From: an uncultured Defluviitaleaceae bacterium
GTDB taxonomy: Bacteria; Bacillota; Clostridia; Lachnospirales; WRBF01
Length of the DNA: 64,000 nucleotides
Direction: 5' to 3'
NCBI GenBank assembly: GCA_964492715.1
Contig: CAZBLK010000003.1
Coordinates: 13,205 to 77,204, forward strand
The position numbers and the translations under genes are program-made. How positions within the stretch are numbered: position 1 is the first letter of the stretch; every line of letters begins with the position of its first letter. The notes below the pieces were generated by a model. It was not told the origin of the DNA, ran no database searches, and saw only the letters and a list, made by a program, of their open reading frames with translations. Positions 29,727-39,101 of this stretch are shown here, piece by piece.

Positions 29727-30668
29727 CTACAAACATTCAAACAACTGCTCAATGTTTTCAGCCTTATTAATTTCTACTCTAATTTTAGCGCAATTAGGTA
29801 AGCCTTTTATATACATAGCCAAATGCTTTCTCATTTCACGCACAGCAACGTATTCGCCTTTATGCAAAACAAGCATTTCGGCGTGCGCTTTTGCTGTTTC
29901 AATTTTTTTCTCAAAAGTTGGTTCTGGCAGTAGCTCACCAGTTTCAAGAAAATGAGCAGTTTGTTGAAAAATCCATGGGTTGCCATGTGCGGCACGCCCA
30001 ATCATTACACCATCACAGCCTGTTTGGTCAACAATTTTTTTTGCATCGGTAGGTGAAAAAATGTCACCGTTTCCAACGACTTTAATATTTACACTTTGCT
30101 TAACTTGGCAAATTATGTTCCAGTCGGCAACACCGCTGTAATACTGTTCTCGTGTTCTGCCATGAACAGTAACCATGTCAGCACCTGCGGCTTCAATTAT
30201 TTTTGCTATTTCAACTGCATTAACTGAATTTTCATCAAAGCCCTTTCTAATTTTAACTGAAAGCGGCTTATTAGTTGCACTTCGCAAACCTTTAACAATT
30301 TCATAAACGAGAGAAGGCTCTTTCAAAAGTGCAGAGCCTTCGCCATTTTTAACAATTTTTGGTGCTGGGCAACCCATGTTAAAATCAAGCACATCAAAAG
30401 GCAAATGTTCAATTTGCTTTGCTGTTTCGTGCAAAATTTTAGGTTCTCTGCCAAATAGTTGCAAAGCAACTGGGTGCTCGGCTTCGTCAAAAGCAAGCAT
30501 AGCTTTTGTAGCTTCATTTTTGTAAGATATTCCTTTTGCACTTACCATTTCGCTAAATGCAAGACCACAACCCAAATTCATACATAAGATACGAAAAGGC
30601 ATGTCTGTAACACCAGCCATTGGTGCAAGAAAAACATTGTTTTTTAACTTTAAGTTTTTAATTATCAT
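29727..30668 (-). CDS. dusB: tRNA dihydrouridine synthase
   Basis: LAPMAGVTD, DFNMGCPAPK (catalytic Cys) and HGRTREQ motifs. Confidence 0.9.
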   Translation of the reverse strand: MIIKNLKLKNNVFLAPMAGVTDMPFRILCMNLGCGLAFSEMVSAKGISYKNEATKAMLAFDEAEHPVALQLFGREPKILHETAKQIEHLPFDVLDFNMGCPAPKIVKNGEGSALLKEPSLVYEIVKGLRSATNKPLSVKIRKGFDENSVNAVEIAKIIEAAGADMVTVHGRTREQYYSGVADWNIICQVKQSVNIKVVGNGDIFSPTDAKKIVDQTGCDGVMIGRAAHGNPWIFQQTAHFLETGELLPEPTFEKKIETAKAHAEMLVLHKGEYVAVREMRKHLAMYIKGLPNCAKIRVEINKAENIEQLFECL

Positions 30669-30682
30669 TGTTTTTATGTCAC

Positions 30683-30754
30683 TATAGCAATTCCATTTTT
30701 AACCGACATTGTCTATCGGTAAAAAGCCAATATCGTTAAAAGTGGAATTGCTAT
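30683..30754. repeat. Palindromic MITE-like repeat, family 1, copy C (72 bp internal-deletion derivative)
   Basis: Same termini as A/B. The central roughly 31 bp is missing between two GCCAA direct repeats. Confidence 0.75.
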
Positions 30755-30768
30755 ATTCCCTAATCAAA

Positions 30769-31374
30769 TTAATACTTTAACGCTTTTTTCAAAGCTTTTA
30801 TAATAGCAAACGCTATAACAAACGAAGCAACCATTTCAGAAACAGCCACAAGTGAAAGAACTGAAACTAGAGAAGCAAGAAAAGCTCCAGCCGTTTGTGC
30901 TGTTGCAACACCATTTTCATCAAGAATTAACTGCCTTGCATAAAGAACATATATCATTCCTAAGCAACCAACTGTGTTTGTAATGCTTCCAAGTGCAGCT
31001 CCAATAGAAATTGCAAAATTTTCATTAAGCTTTGAAAAACCTTTGTAAACAAAGTATGGTACTAAACCTACAAATGCTCTAGGCAAAACTGAAACTAAAG
31101 GGTTGATGAAAAAAATGTCAAGCCCACCTGACGAGGTTGTTACAGCTTTAATAAGTGTAGCAACGCCAAACACACAGCCCGAAATAAGCCCCATTAAAGG
31201 CCCTTCAATAATAGACACAATAATTACAGGAACGTGTGCAATTGTAACACTAACAAATGGAAGCGGAATCATTCCAAGTGGAGTGTATGTAAGAATAATA
31301 CAAATTGCAGTAATAAGCCCAAGTATAATAAGCCTGCGAGTATTATTTGTGGAACTATTGATGTTATTTTGCAT
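30769..31374 (-). CDS. ECF-transporter S (substrate-capture) component, PanT-like
   Basis: 201 aa with about 6 TM helices and a TIAHVPVII motif typical of ECF S components. The substrate is not determinable from sequence. Confidence 0.6.
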   Translation of the reverse strand: MQNNINSSTNNTRRLIILGLITAICIILTYTPLGMIPLPFVSVTIAHVPVIIVSIIEGPLMGLISGCVFGVATLIKAVTTSSGGLDIFFINPLVSVLPRAFVGLVPYFVYKGFSKLNENFAISIGAALGSITNTVGCLGMIYVLYARQLILDENGVATAQTAGAFLASLVSVLSLVAVSEMVASFVIAFAIIKALKKALKY

Positions 31375-31573
31375 AATTTCTCCTTTTAAAACACACCGTA
31401 TATTAATTTTAATAAACTACACTTATTTTATAACACTTTAAAGCTATACAAGTCAATAGTTTATTAAAAATTAAAACATCGCTCAACTTTAGAAAGAGTT
31501 GTCAGCTTTAAGCATATTTACATTTTTACACTAATAAAATATAACACGGATATTTTTAGGGAGGAAAGAAAAA

Positions 31574-32014
31574 ATGGGCGATACAAAGATTTTTGTCGTG
31601 CAGCTAAAAGAGGTGGTCAAGTCAGCACTTTATGTAATTTTGGGTTTAGCATTAATTGGGCTGCTTGTTTACTTCTTCATACCAAAGAAGGCAGAAGTCG
31701 AAAATAAAGGTTCGGCAAAAGCCCTATATGTTCCAGGTACATATTCTATTGAGTTAATGCTTTCAAAGACACCTGTAAATGTTTTGGTAAGTGTAACGGA
31801 AAATGAAATTGTTTCTGTAAAGCTTGACGACTTGCAGGACACACAGCAAACTTTTTATCCGCTCTTAGAGCCTACAATGGACACACTTTCAAGCGAAATT
31901 GTAAAGTCACAAACTTCCGAAATTCCAACAACGTCGGAATACACAGTGACTAACCAAGTGCTTCTTGAAGCAGTAAAAATTGCGCTAATGAATGCAGAAG
32001 CGCCTGTAAGATAA
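31574..32014 (+). CDS. Hypothetical protein with a single N-terminal TM helix
   Basis: Good SD (GGGAGGAAAG). No family recognised. Confidence 0.5.
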   Translation: MGDTKIFVVQLKEVVKSALYVILGLALIGLLVYFFIPKKAEVENKGSAKALYVPGTYSIELMLSKTPVNVLVSVTENEIVSVKLDDLQDTQQTFYPLLEPTMDTLSSEIVKSQTSEIPTTSEYTVTNQVLLEAVKIALMNAEAPVR

Positions 32015-32019
32015 TGTTT

Positions 32020-32051
32020 ACCCCCCTTTTTTTACAGGGGGGATTTTTTTA
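32020..32051. terminator. Bidirectional terminator
   Basis: CCCCCC-tttttttaca-GGGGGG followed by T7, between convergent genes. Confidence 0.6.
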
Positions 32052-32102
32052 AATTGTCGGAGTGTATTTTATTCATACGTCAAATGCTAATAATAAACCA
32101 AC

Positions 32103-32927
32103 CTAATTTTTTACAACATTTATAATAACTTTTCCTTTTTTTGATATACCTTCTACAGAAACAAGCTTTGCACGTCCAAGCCCTCGAAGTGTAATAACGT
32201 CACCCTCATTGACTGGTTTAGCGCTACTTTTAGCCAAAGCCCAGTTTACAAAAACCTTTTCGCCTTCAACAAAGGATGAAGCTTTCCCACGTGAAATACG
32301 AAAAACCGCACTTAACACAGTGTCAAGACGAAGTGAAGAAACTGTAAGCTTTGTTTCTTCTTTATCCAATGATATTACTACGCTTGGTTCATTATAAATT
32401 GTGTCACAAATTTCAACTTTAACGCTTGCATTACCAACTCTTTCAAGGTTTGCCTTAATATAGTCAGCAACATCACAATGCACATAAACAAAAGCACCGC
32501 AAGCACTGCTTTGACTTTGCACATTATCAGAATCAATAAAAATGTCACCGACCTTTGCTCTGGTAATTCCAACGCCTAAAATTGAACCAAGAAAATCCCT
32601 ATGGCTTAAAGTTCTGCTAAATTTAGGGTTATACGTAAGCCTAAGACGTTTAATAGGGAACTCCTCATATGGAACGATTTCATCATATGGCGAAAACCCA
32701 ATTATTTTTCGCTCGCAAACGTCACTTCCACCAAAAACAGCTGGAAGCGTTGAAACTACTTCGTTTTTCAAAACTTCAACAAACTTTGAAGCTTTTACAG
32801 GGTCAATAAAATCTGTAAAAGTGTACCTAAAGCTTTTTTCGCATAGAAAAAATAAGTCAAGTGTTTTTGCAAAAAGTAATCTTTCGTCGCTGTCTGAAAA
32901 CCGTTTTAAAAGCTTTTCTCTATCCAT
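32103..32927 (-). CDS. ylmH: YlmH-type S4-domain RNA-binding protein
   Basis: C-terminal S4 motif (LRLDTVLSAVFRISRGKA), in ylm cluster context. Confidence 0.8.
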   Translation of the reverse strand: MDREKLLKRFSDSDERLLFAKTLDLFFLCEKSFRYTFTDFIDPVKASKFVEVLKNEVVSTLPAVFGGSDVCERKIIGFSPYDEIVPYEEFPIKRLRLTYNPKFSRTLSHRDFLGSILGVGITRAKVGDIFIDSDNVQSQSSACGAFVYVHCDVADYIKANLERVGNASVKVEICDTIYNEPSVVISLDKEETKLTVSSLRLDTVLSAVFRISRGKASSFVEGEKVFVNWALAKSSAKPVNEGDVITLRGLGRAKLVSVEGISKKGKVIINVVKN

Positions 32928-33217
32928 TAAAACAAAAAACTCTTTATAACGCTAAGCAAAATGCTTTTAAAAATTTCAATTAGCAAAAAAGCAAGAAGCG
33001 GCGAAAAATCAAGCATCATACCTGAGCCGCCAAGCGGCGAATTTTGCAAAAGCCTTTTAATGGGCAACAAAATTGGGTCTGTAAGGCTAAAAATTAATGC
33101 AATCAAAGGGTTTCTTACATTTACTATAAACCACGAAAGAATTACTCTAATAAAAATTAAAAAGCTTATAAAGTTGCAGAAATAGATTACTGAAAGTTCA
33201 ATTATTTCATATCCCAT
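32927..33217 (-). CDS. yggT: YggT/YlmG family membrane protein
   Basis: 96 aa with 2-3 TM helices and a PILLPIKRL motif, positioned between sepF and ylmH. Confidence 0.8.
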   Translation of the reverse strand: MGYEIIELSVIYFCNFISFLIFIRVILSWFIVNVRNPLIALIFSLTDPILLPIKRLLQNSPLGGSGMMLDFSPLLAFLLIEIFKSILLSVIKSFLF

Positions 33218-33259
33218 TAAATTTTCTCCATAATAAACATACCTGTTGTTGTCTAGCCC

Positions 33260-33781
33260 TTACCCTCTAGCTGAAGGAAGAACCCATGACAAAAAAGACG
33301 AGCCAGACTTAATTTGCTCTCTTAATTCTGTTGAAACATTAAAACCGCTTGGAGCCATAACAAAAACTTCTTTTGTGATGCATTCAATAACTCCGTCGAG
33401 AACAAAAACTGCGCCACACAAAAAGTCTGCAATACGTTGAGCTTCTTCATGGTCAAGCCCTTCAAGAGAAACAATACAAACTGCCGAATCTTTAAACTGT
33501 GTGCAAACTTCTGAAGCGTTGTCTATGCTTCTTGGCTTACATATGTAAACATTTTGCTGCTCTTGTGTCAAGGCTGTAGGCATGGTCAAAATGTTACTGC
33601 CTGCGTTGTCCTTTGAAAACCTCTTACCGCCTCTAAGTGCAATAAGGTCGGCTCTGTCTCTTTCAGAACGAAAGCTTGTGGGTTCATCGTATAAATCCGC
33701 TGCGTCCTCTTCTAAGTAATCGTCCTCGTCTTCATACTCTGCTCCCAACATCAAAGTTTGAACTTTTTTAAGTAACCCCAT
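33260..33781 (-). CDS. sepF: Cell division protein SepF (YlmF)
   Basis: N-terminal amphipathic MGLLKKVQTLM and a conserved C-terminal domain (IVSLEGLDHEEAQRIADFLCGAVFVLDG). Confidence 0.85.
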   Translation of the reverse strand: MGLLKKVQTLMLGAEYEDEDDYLEEDAADLYDEPTSFRSERDRADLIALRGGKRFSKDNAGSNILTMPTALTQEQQNVYICKPRSIDNASEVCTQFKDSAVCIVSLEGLDHEEAQRIADFLCGAVFVLDGVIECITKEVFVMAPSGFNVSTELREQIKSGSSFLSWVLPSARG

Positions 33782-33872
33782 ACCATTTCCTCCTATGTAA
33801 AATTTCTCCTATTTTATCAGCAGTTCAAAACAAATGAAAAGCCGAAAATCAGACTAATGATAAAATAAACAA

Positions 33873-34568
33873 TTATCTTTGTCCAAAAATACCTGTGCCA
33901 ATTCTAACTATGTTAGCACCTTCTTCGATAGCAATTTCATAATCATTTGTCATACCCATGGACAAAAACTGCATATATATATTATTAATGCATTTGTGCT
34001 GAATGTCAACAAATAATTTTGCCATTTTTATAAATTCTTCCCTGTTTTTTTCGGGTTTTTCGACAAAAGGTGCAACAGTCATCAATCCTTTGACCTTAAT
34101 GTTTTCCAATTTACTTATTTTTTCAATAAAAGAAGAAGCTGCGGAAAGCGAAATTCCAGCTTTGCTTGCTTCATTGGCGACATTTATTTCAACAAGAATG
34201 TCCATAACTTTATTGTGCCTTTTTGCTTGCTTATCAATTTCTTCTGCAAGCTTTTCACTGTCAACAGAATGAATAAGTGAAACTTTGTCAATTATATATT
34301 TCACTTTGTTAGTTTGAAGCTGCCCTATTTGGTGCCACACAGGTTTTTCGGAAAGCTCGTCATACTTTTGCAAAAGCTCTTGAACCCTGTTTTCTCCAAG
34401 GTTAACAACACCTTGCGCAAGAAGCTCTTTTATTCTAGGTACATCAACTGTTTTTGTAACACCAATAAGCGTAATATCATCCAAGCTTCTGCCAGATTTT
34501 ATAGCCGCTCTTTCCATATTGTCATAAATTAGTTTAAGATTTTCTGTAATACTCCCCATAGCAACCAA
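33873..34568 (-). CDS. yggS: YggS/YlmE PLP-homeostasis protein
   Basis: LIGVTKT PLP-lysine motif and HQIGQLQTNK. Confidence 0.9.
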   Translation of the reverse strand: MVAMGSITENLKLIYDNMERAAIKSGRSLDDITLIGVTKTVDVPRIKELLAQGVVNLGENRVQELLQKYDELSEKPVWHQIGQLQTNKVKYIIDKVSLIHSVDSEKLAEEIDKQAKRHNKVMDILVEINVANEASKAGISLSAASSFIEKISKLENIKVKGLMTVAPFVEKPEKNREEFIKMAKLFVDIQHKCINNIYMQFLSMGMTNDYEIAIEEGANIVRIGTGIFGQR

Positions 34569-34580
34569 CCTTTTTTAGCT

Positions 34581-36161
34581 CTAATATATAATTTGACCAT
34601 TATGAATATTTTTTGCATCTGTAACAATTTTATCCGAAATTTTAATGCTTGTATTAAGCGAAACGTCAAGTATGCAGTAACCGCCGCTTTCAGGAGTGTT
34701 TTCGTCAATAATAATTCTGCTGAAATCTGCAAAGCCTTGGTTAATTTTGTACACACCTTTTACATTTTCAGTTTCAGAAACTACGTATAGCTCTTTGCTT
34801 TCTGGGCTAACAAGTATGTCGTCTACATTTATAACGTTACTTTCTTGAAGCACGTACGCAAAATCTCCGTCTAAAAACATCTTTTCGGCTGAATCAAGTG
34901 AAACTTTTTCCGTTGTACCATTCACTTGCTTATATACAAAATTACCGTTATTCTCCTCAACCTTCTCTACAAACGAACTTGGGAATTTTACAAACATCTT
35001 TTCAACAATAGCTTGCTTAGGAATTTTATATCCACTATGTTCGCTGTCTACCGTTTTTAGCTTTAAACTTCTCATGTTAAGGTAGTCCAGCATGTCAACC
35101 GTACATTTGAAAAGCACATAGTCATTGTTTCCCCCTGGCAAACGGTTTATTTTAAAAACACTCATTTCTATTGGCTCAAAGACTCCGCTGTCAAAGCTGT
35201 CTTGTACATAAATTTTGCGAAACTCACCCTCTGACCAATTTATAACAAGCTCCTTTGGAATATATGCAGCAACGTACCATTCATTTGATTCTACAACTTT
35301 AAATATTTTGTCACCTGGGGACACATTTCTATAAGAGGCAAGCTTACTGTAGTCTACAAACATTTGAACTTGTTCAGGTGTAAGCGATTCTTTATTTTCA
35401 AAATTCAAAGCTTCCTCAAGCCCATCAACTATGTATGAAATTATACCGCTGTTTTCAACCGTAATAACAGACATGGCCTCACTAAGCCTGCTATTAAGAG
35501 CAACTTTTGCGTCAACCATTCCTTTTACGCTTCCTGTTCCGTCAGACAAAAGCATTTGGTTTCTAAGCCCTACACTTTGGCTTACGCTGTCTTTAAGCTC
35601 GTAAACACTTGAAATGTTTAAATTAATAAGCCTAGGAACGCCAGAGTCTACTATTTTTTTTATCTGCTTGTTTTTCATTTCAACGTCTGCGGAAAAAGCT
35701 GAAGTGTTGCTTCGCATATCTTGAACGTTCATTATTTTTGACTCAATTTTGCTTATTTCAGCAGAAATTTCAGCGGCAGTAGCTTCATCAACAATTGCAC
35801 ATGCAACAGAGTCTTTTTTTACCCTGTCATAGTCATTATAATAAAAACTTAAAACTCCGCTGGCGTCAGCTGTATAAACATTTTCACTGCGAATAATAAT
35901 TCCGTCAATTATTTGGGGCAAATCAACAGAGCCATAAGAAACTATGCCTGTTGAAATGTCGGGCTTGTTTATGTAAGCAAAAGCCGCCTGTGCTATATAC
36001 GAAAAAACCGTTATAAACACGGCTGCAATAATTATTATATTTAAAACATTTACAGGCTTGTTCAAAGCAGTTTTGTTGGCTTTGTTTCTTTTTCGCCTGT
36101 AAATATCCAAGTCGTCGGGAGCATTGTCCCGCCTTTTCCTTTCTGACAAGGCTACCACCAC
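34581..36161 (-). CDS. Membrane-anchored hypothetical protein (HlyD/barrel-sandwich-like?)
   Basis: 526 aa with a basic N-terminus, one TM helix and a coiled-coil-like middle. The family assignment is uncertain. Confidence 0.45.
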   Translation of the reverse strand: MVVALSERKRRDNAPDDLDIYRRKRNKANKTALNKPVNVLNIIIIAAVFITVFSYIAQAAFAYINKPDISTGIVSYGSVDLPQIIDGIIIRSENVYTADASGVLSFYYNDYDRVKKDSVACAIVDEATAAEISAEISKIESKIMNVQDMRSNTSAFSADVEMKNKQIKKIVDSGVPRLINLNISSVYELKDSVSQSVGLRNQMLLSDGTGSVKGMVDAKVALNSRLSEAMSVITVENSGIISYIVDGLEEALNFENKESLTPEQVQMFVDYSKLASYRNVSPGDKIFKVVESNEWYVAAYIPKELVINWSEGEFRKIYVQDSFDSGVFEPIEMSVFKINRLPGGNNDYVLFKCTVDMLDYLNMRSLKLKTVDSEHSGYKIPKQAIVEKMFVKFPSSFVEKVEENNGNFVYKQVNGTTEKVSLDSAEKMFLDGDFAYVLQESNVINVDDILVSPESKELYVVSETENVKGVYKINQGFADFSRIIIDENTPESGGYCILDVSLNTSIKISDKIVTDAKNIHNGQIIY

Positions 36162-36247
36162 GCTTCATATTAATTAAATTAGCTGAATATATTTATAAAA
36201 TAGCAACCTACTTTAGTTGCTATAATTGACAGACAAGGAGCGTAAAC

Positions 36248-37510
36248 ATGAAAACTAAAAAAGACACTTTTACATTTATCATTGCGTTTTTAGTCATGGC
36301 TTTTAATACGCTTATAATTATTTACCCTGCTGAAATAATTTCTGCCGCAAGAGTTGGGCTAAACCTTTGGTTTAACAACGTTTTGCCGTCACTTTTGCCT
36401 TTTATTATAGGAAGCAACATACTCATTGGTTTGGGTGCGGTCAATTTTTTTGGTGCATTGCTTGAACCAATAATGAAACCGTTATTTGGCGTTCCGGGTT
36501 GCGGCGGCTTTGCACTTGTTACCGGAATGACCTCTGGCTACCCAATGGGTGCAAAAATTGTTGCAACACTTAGAGAAAACAACGACATTACAAAAACAGA
36601 AGCCGAAAGACTTATGGCATTTGCAAACAATTCAGGGCCTTTGTTCATTTTGGGAACTGTCGGAATTGGAATGTTTGGCTCAAAGTCTATAGGTTATTAT
36701 TTTATAGTCACTCACTATTTATCGGCTATAGTAGTTGGTATTATTGCAAAATTTTATAAATTAAACAAAAAACAGACCAAAGATAAAAAAATTAAACGAA
36801 ACCATATTTATCATGCAATCAGTAGCATGAAGATAGCACGAAGCAAAGATAAACGCACCTTTGGCGGAATCTTCGGCGACAGCGTAAAAAACGCAATGGA
36901 AACTGTTGTTGCTATAGGCGGCTTTATAATTCTTTTTTGTGTAATAGTAAAAATGCTTGAAATAACAAATGTAATTTCACTTCTAAGTGATTTTATTGTA
37001 AAGATAAACCCAACTTTAGAAATTACCAAAGAGCTTTCCAATGGATTTTTAGTTGGAATAATGGAAATTACAAACGGCTCTAAACTAATTTCAAGCGTTG
37101 GAATATCTAAGCAACACCTTTTAGCAACAGTAGCAGTAATTTCGTTCGGCGGTTTTTCGATACACGCACAAGCAACAAGCTTTTTACAAAAAACCGACAT
37201 TAGCGCCATAAAGTACATAATTGGAAAAGCTTTACATGCTGCTGTAAGTGTAATTGTAGGTTCATTGATATATGGCTGGTTTAACCTTGAAAACAAGGAA
37301 GCAATAGAAACACTTTCAACATACACAGCAAAGCCTATAGAACGGTTTTATTTTTCGTCCATAAGCTTTATTGGTGTGATGTTTGCTTTCATTGCTGCGG
37401 CAATAATATGTACATTGCTTTACTCTCTACTTCCACGAATTTCCTGCTTGTTTTCATATATATGTGTAAGAGTTTCTGACAAACCTTCATCTACAATGCG
37501 TAGGCTTTGA
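36248..37510 (+). CDS. ylbJ: YlbJ-type sporulation integral membrane protein (nucleoside-recognition domains)
   Basis: 420 aa polytopic protein. Synteny with coaD/rsmD matches the B. subtilis ylbH-ylbI-ylbJ arrangement. Confidence 0.75.
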   Translation: MKTKKDTFTFIIAFLVMAFNTLIIIYPAEIISAARVGLNLWFNNVLPSLLPFIIGSNILIGLGAVNFFGALLEPIMKPLFGVPGCGGFALVTGMTSGYPMGAKIVATLRENNDITKTEAERLMAFANNSGPLFILGTVGIGMFGSKSIGYYFIVTHYLSAIVVGIIAKFYKLNKKQTKDKKIKRNHIYHAISSMKIARSKDKRTFGGIFGDSVKNAMETVVAIGGFIILFCVIVKMLEITNVISLLSDFIVKINPTLEITKELSNGFLVGIMEITNGSKLISSVGISKQHLLATVAVISFGGFSIHAQATSFLQKTDISAIKYIIGKALHAAVSVIVGSLIYGWFNLENKEAIETLSTYTAKPIERFYFSSISFIGVMFAFIAAAIICTLLYSLLPRISCLFSYICVRVSDKPSSTMRRL

Positions 37511-37926
37511 TTAATGTCGTTTAGTGCAATTCTTACAGCTTCCTCTGTTTTAGTTAAAATGTCTTCAACGTAGTTCATTGTGCCTATGCGCACTTCACGA
37601 GAATACTTTCTTGCTTCGTCAACAAGCTTTTCGGCGGCTACTGCTGCCGATTGGCAAATTTCGTGTTCTGTTGTTAAGTTTTCGGCACGCTTTTCGGCGT
37701 CACGTACAATTGAATTTGCTTTGTTTTTTGCGTCCTCAATAATTCTATCGTGGTCCTCAATTATTTTTTTAGCCTGTGCTATTTCACGGGGCAAGTTAAG
37801 CCTAATATCATCAATAATTTCGTAAATTCTTTCCTTATCGATGGATATTTTGTTTGTAAAAGGTCGGGCTTTTCCCGCATCTAAAACATCTTCAAGTTCC
37901 TCAAGATATTCTTCAATAGACTCCAT
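37420..37926 (-). CDS. Coiled-coil hypothetical protein (ATPase-subunit-like helical protein)
   Basis: About 168 aa, highly charged and helical. It starts 4 nt after the coaD stop. Confidence 0.55.
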   Translation of the reverse strand: MESIEEYLEELEDVLDAGKARPFTNKISIDKERIYEIIDDIRLNLPREIAQAKKIIEDHDRIIEDAKNKANSIVRDAEKRAENLTTEHEICQSAAVAAEKLVDEARKYSREVRIGTMNYVEDILTKTEEAVRIALNDINQSLRIVDEGLSETLTHIYENKQEIRGSRE

Positions 37927-37930
37927 TACA

Positions 37931-38413
37931 CTAACCCCTCCTGCTCGACAAAATTTCAAAAACTTCGTTTTTTATATCATCGGGTACAAGCCCGTCTAGT
38001 TTCTTTCCAAATTTGGCAAGCTCTTTTACCATGCTTGACGAAACATAAGAAAATTCCAAACTCGTTGGTAAAAAAACTGTTTCAATTCCAAACATTTGTT
38101 TATAGGCTGTTGCAAGCGTAAATTCACTTTCATAGTCCGAAAATGTTCTTATACCACGCACCATTGTGTCAATATCATTTTCCTTAACAAAATTTGATGT
38201 AAGACCCTCGTATGAACAAACCGTTACATTTTTCAAATCACTTGTAACTTTCATCAAATGGTTTACACGTTCGTCTAATGAAAATGCTGTTTTCTTTGCA
38301 GAGTTTATAAGTACAACAACAAACAGATTATCAAACAGCTTTGAAGCCCTTTTTATAATATCTAAATGCCCTAATGTCACAGGGTCAAAGCTTGCTGGGT
38401 ACAACGCTTTCAT
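37931..38413 (-). CDS. coaD: Phosphopantetheine adenylyltransferase
   Basis: The internal start gives MKALYPASFDPVTLGHLDII (the T/HxGH motif). The longer ORF-track start overlaps rsmD. Confidence 0.92.
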   Translation of the reverse strand: MKALYPASFDPVTLGHLDIIKRASKLFDNLFVVVLINSAKKTAFSLDERVNHLMKVTSDLKNVTVCSYEGLTSNFVKENDIDTMVRGIRTFSDYESEFTLATAYKQMFGIETVFLPTSLEFSYVSSSMVKELAKFGKKLDGLVPDDIKNEVFEILSSRRG

Positions 38414-38414
38414 T

Positions 38415-38969
38415 TTATTCCTCCGAAGCAGTATAGAACAACAAAGTTGATGTGCTATACTTTCTAACATCATAAGCTCGAAGCCCATCGACACAAGGAA
38501 TTTCATCTTTACTGCCTTGCTCGACAATTATTATACCATCATTTAGCAGTAAGTCGTTTAAAACTATTTGTTTCAAGGCTTCAGCTTCAAATTTTTTATA
38601 ATAAGGCGGGTCTAGAAAAATTATGTCAAACTTTTTTCCTTGTTGACCCAACATGTTTAAGGCTGTAGAAAAATCGTAGGGCATAACGTTTGCTTTGTCG
38701 CCAAAATTCAGCATTTCAATGTTTTGCTTTATAACAGAAAGAGCCTGTCCGTTTTTTTCAACAAAAACTGCTGTTTCTGCACCTCGGCTTAACGCTTCAA
38801 TTCCAATTGCGCCTGTGCCACTAAAAACGTCCAAAAAGCTGGATTCAAAAACCCTTGGAGCAATTATGTTAAAAAGCGTTTCCCTAAGCTTGTCCGCCGT
38901 TGGTCTAGTTTTGTCACCTCTAATAGAGACTAAACGCCGCCCTCTGGCAGAGCCTGCAATTACACGCAT
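38415..38969 (-). CDS. rsmD: 16S rRNA (guanine966-N2)-methyltransferase
   Basis: MRVIAGSARGRRL N-terminus, DVFSGTGAIGIEALSRGA SAM motif and DPPY. Confidence 0.9.
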   Translation of the reverse strand: MRVIAGSARGRRLVSIRGDKTRPTADKLRETLFNIIAPRVFESSFLDVFSGTGAIGIEALSRGAETAVFVEKNGQALSVIKQNIEMLNFGDKANVMPYDFSTALNMLGQQGKKFDIIFLDPPYYKKFEAEALKQIVLNDLLLNDGIIIVEQGSKDEIPCVDGLRAYDVRKYSTSTLLFYTASEE

Positions 38970-39101
38970 TGTTTTCCTCCAAGCTAAGCAATAATCACTT
39001 TAAAATTAAAATCATTGCCATTATTACAAAATTATAACATTTATAACAGTATAAACAAAAAAATAGAATAAGTAAAGAAAAATTATAAAATTCCACAAAA
39101 T

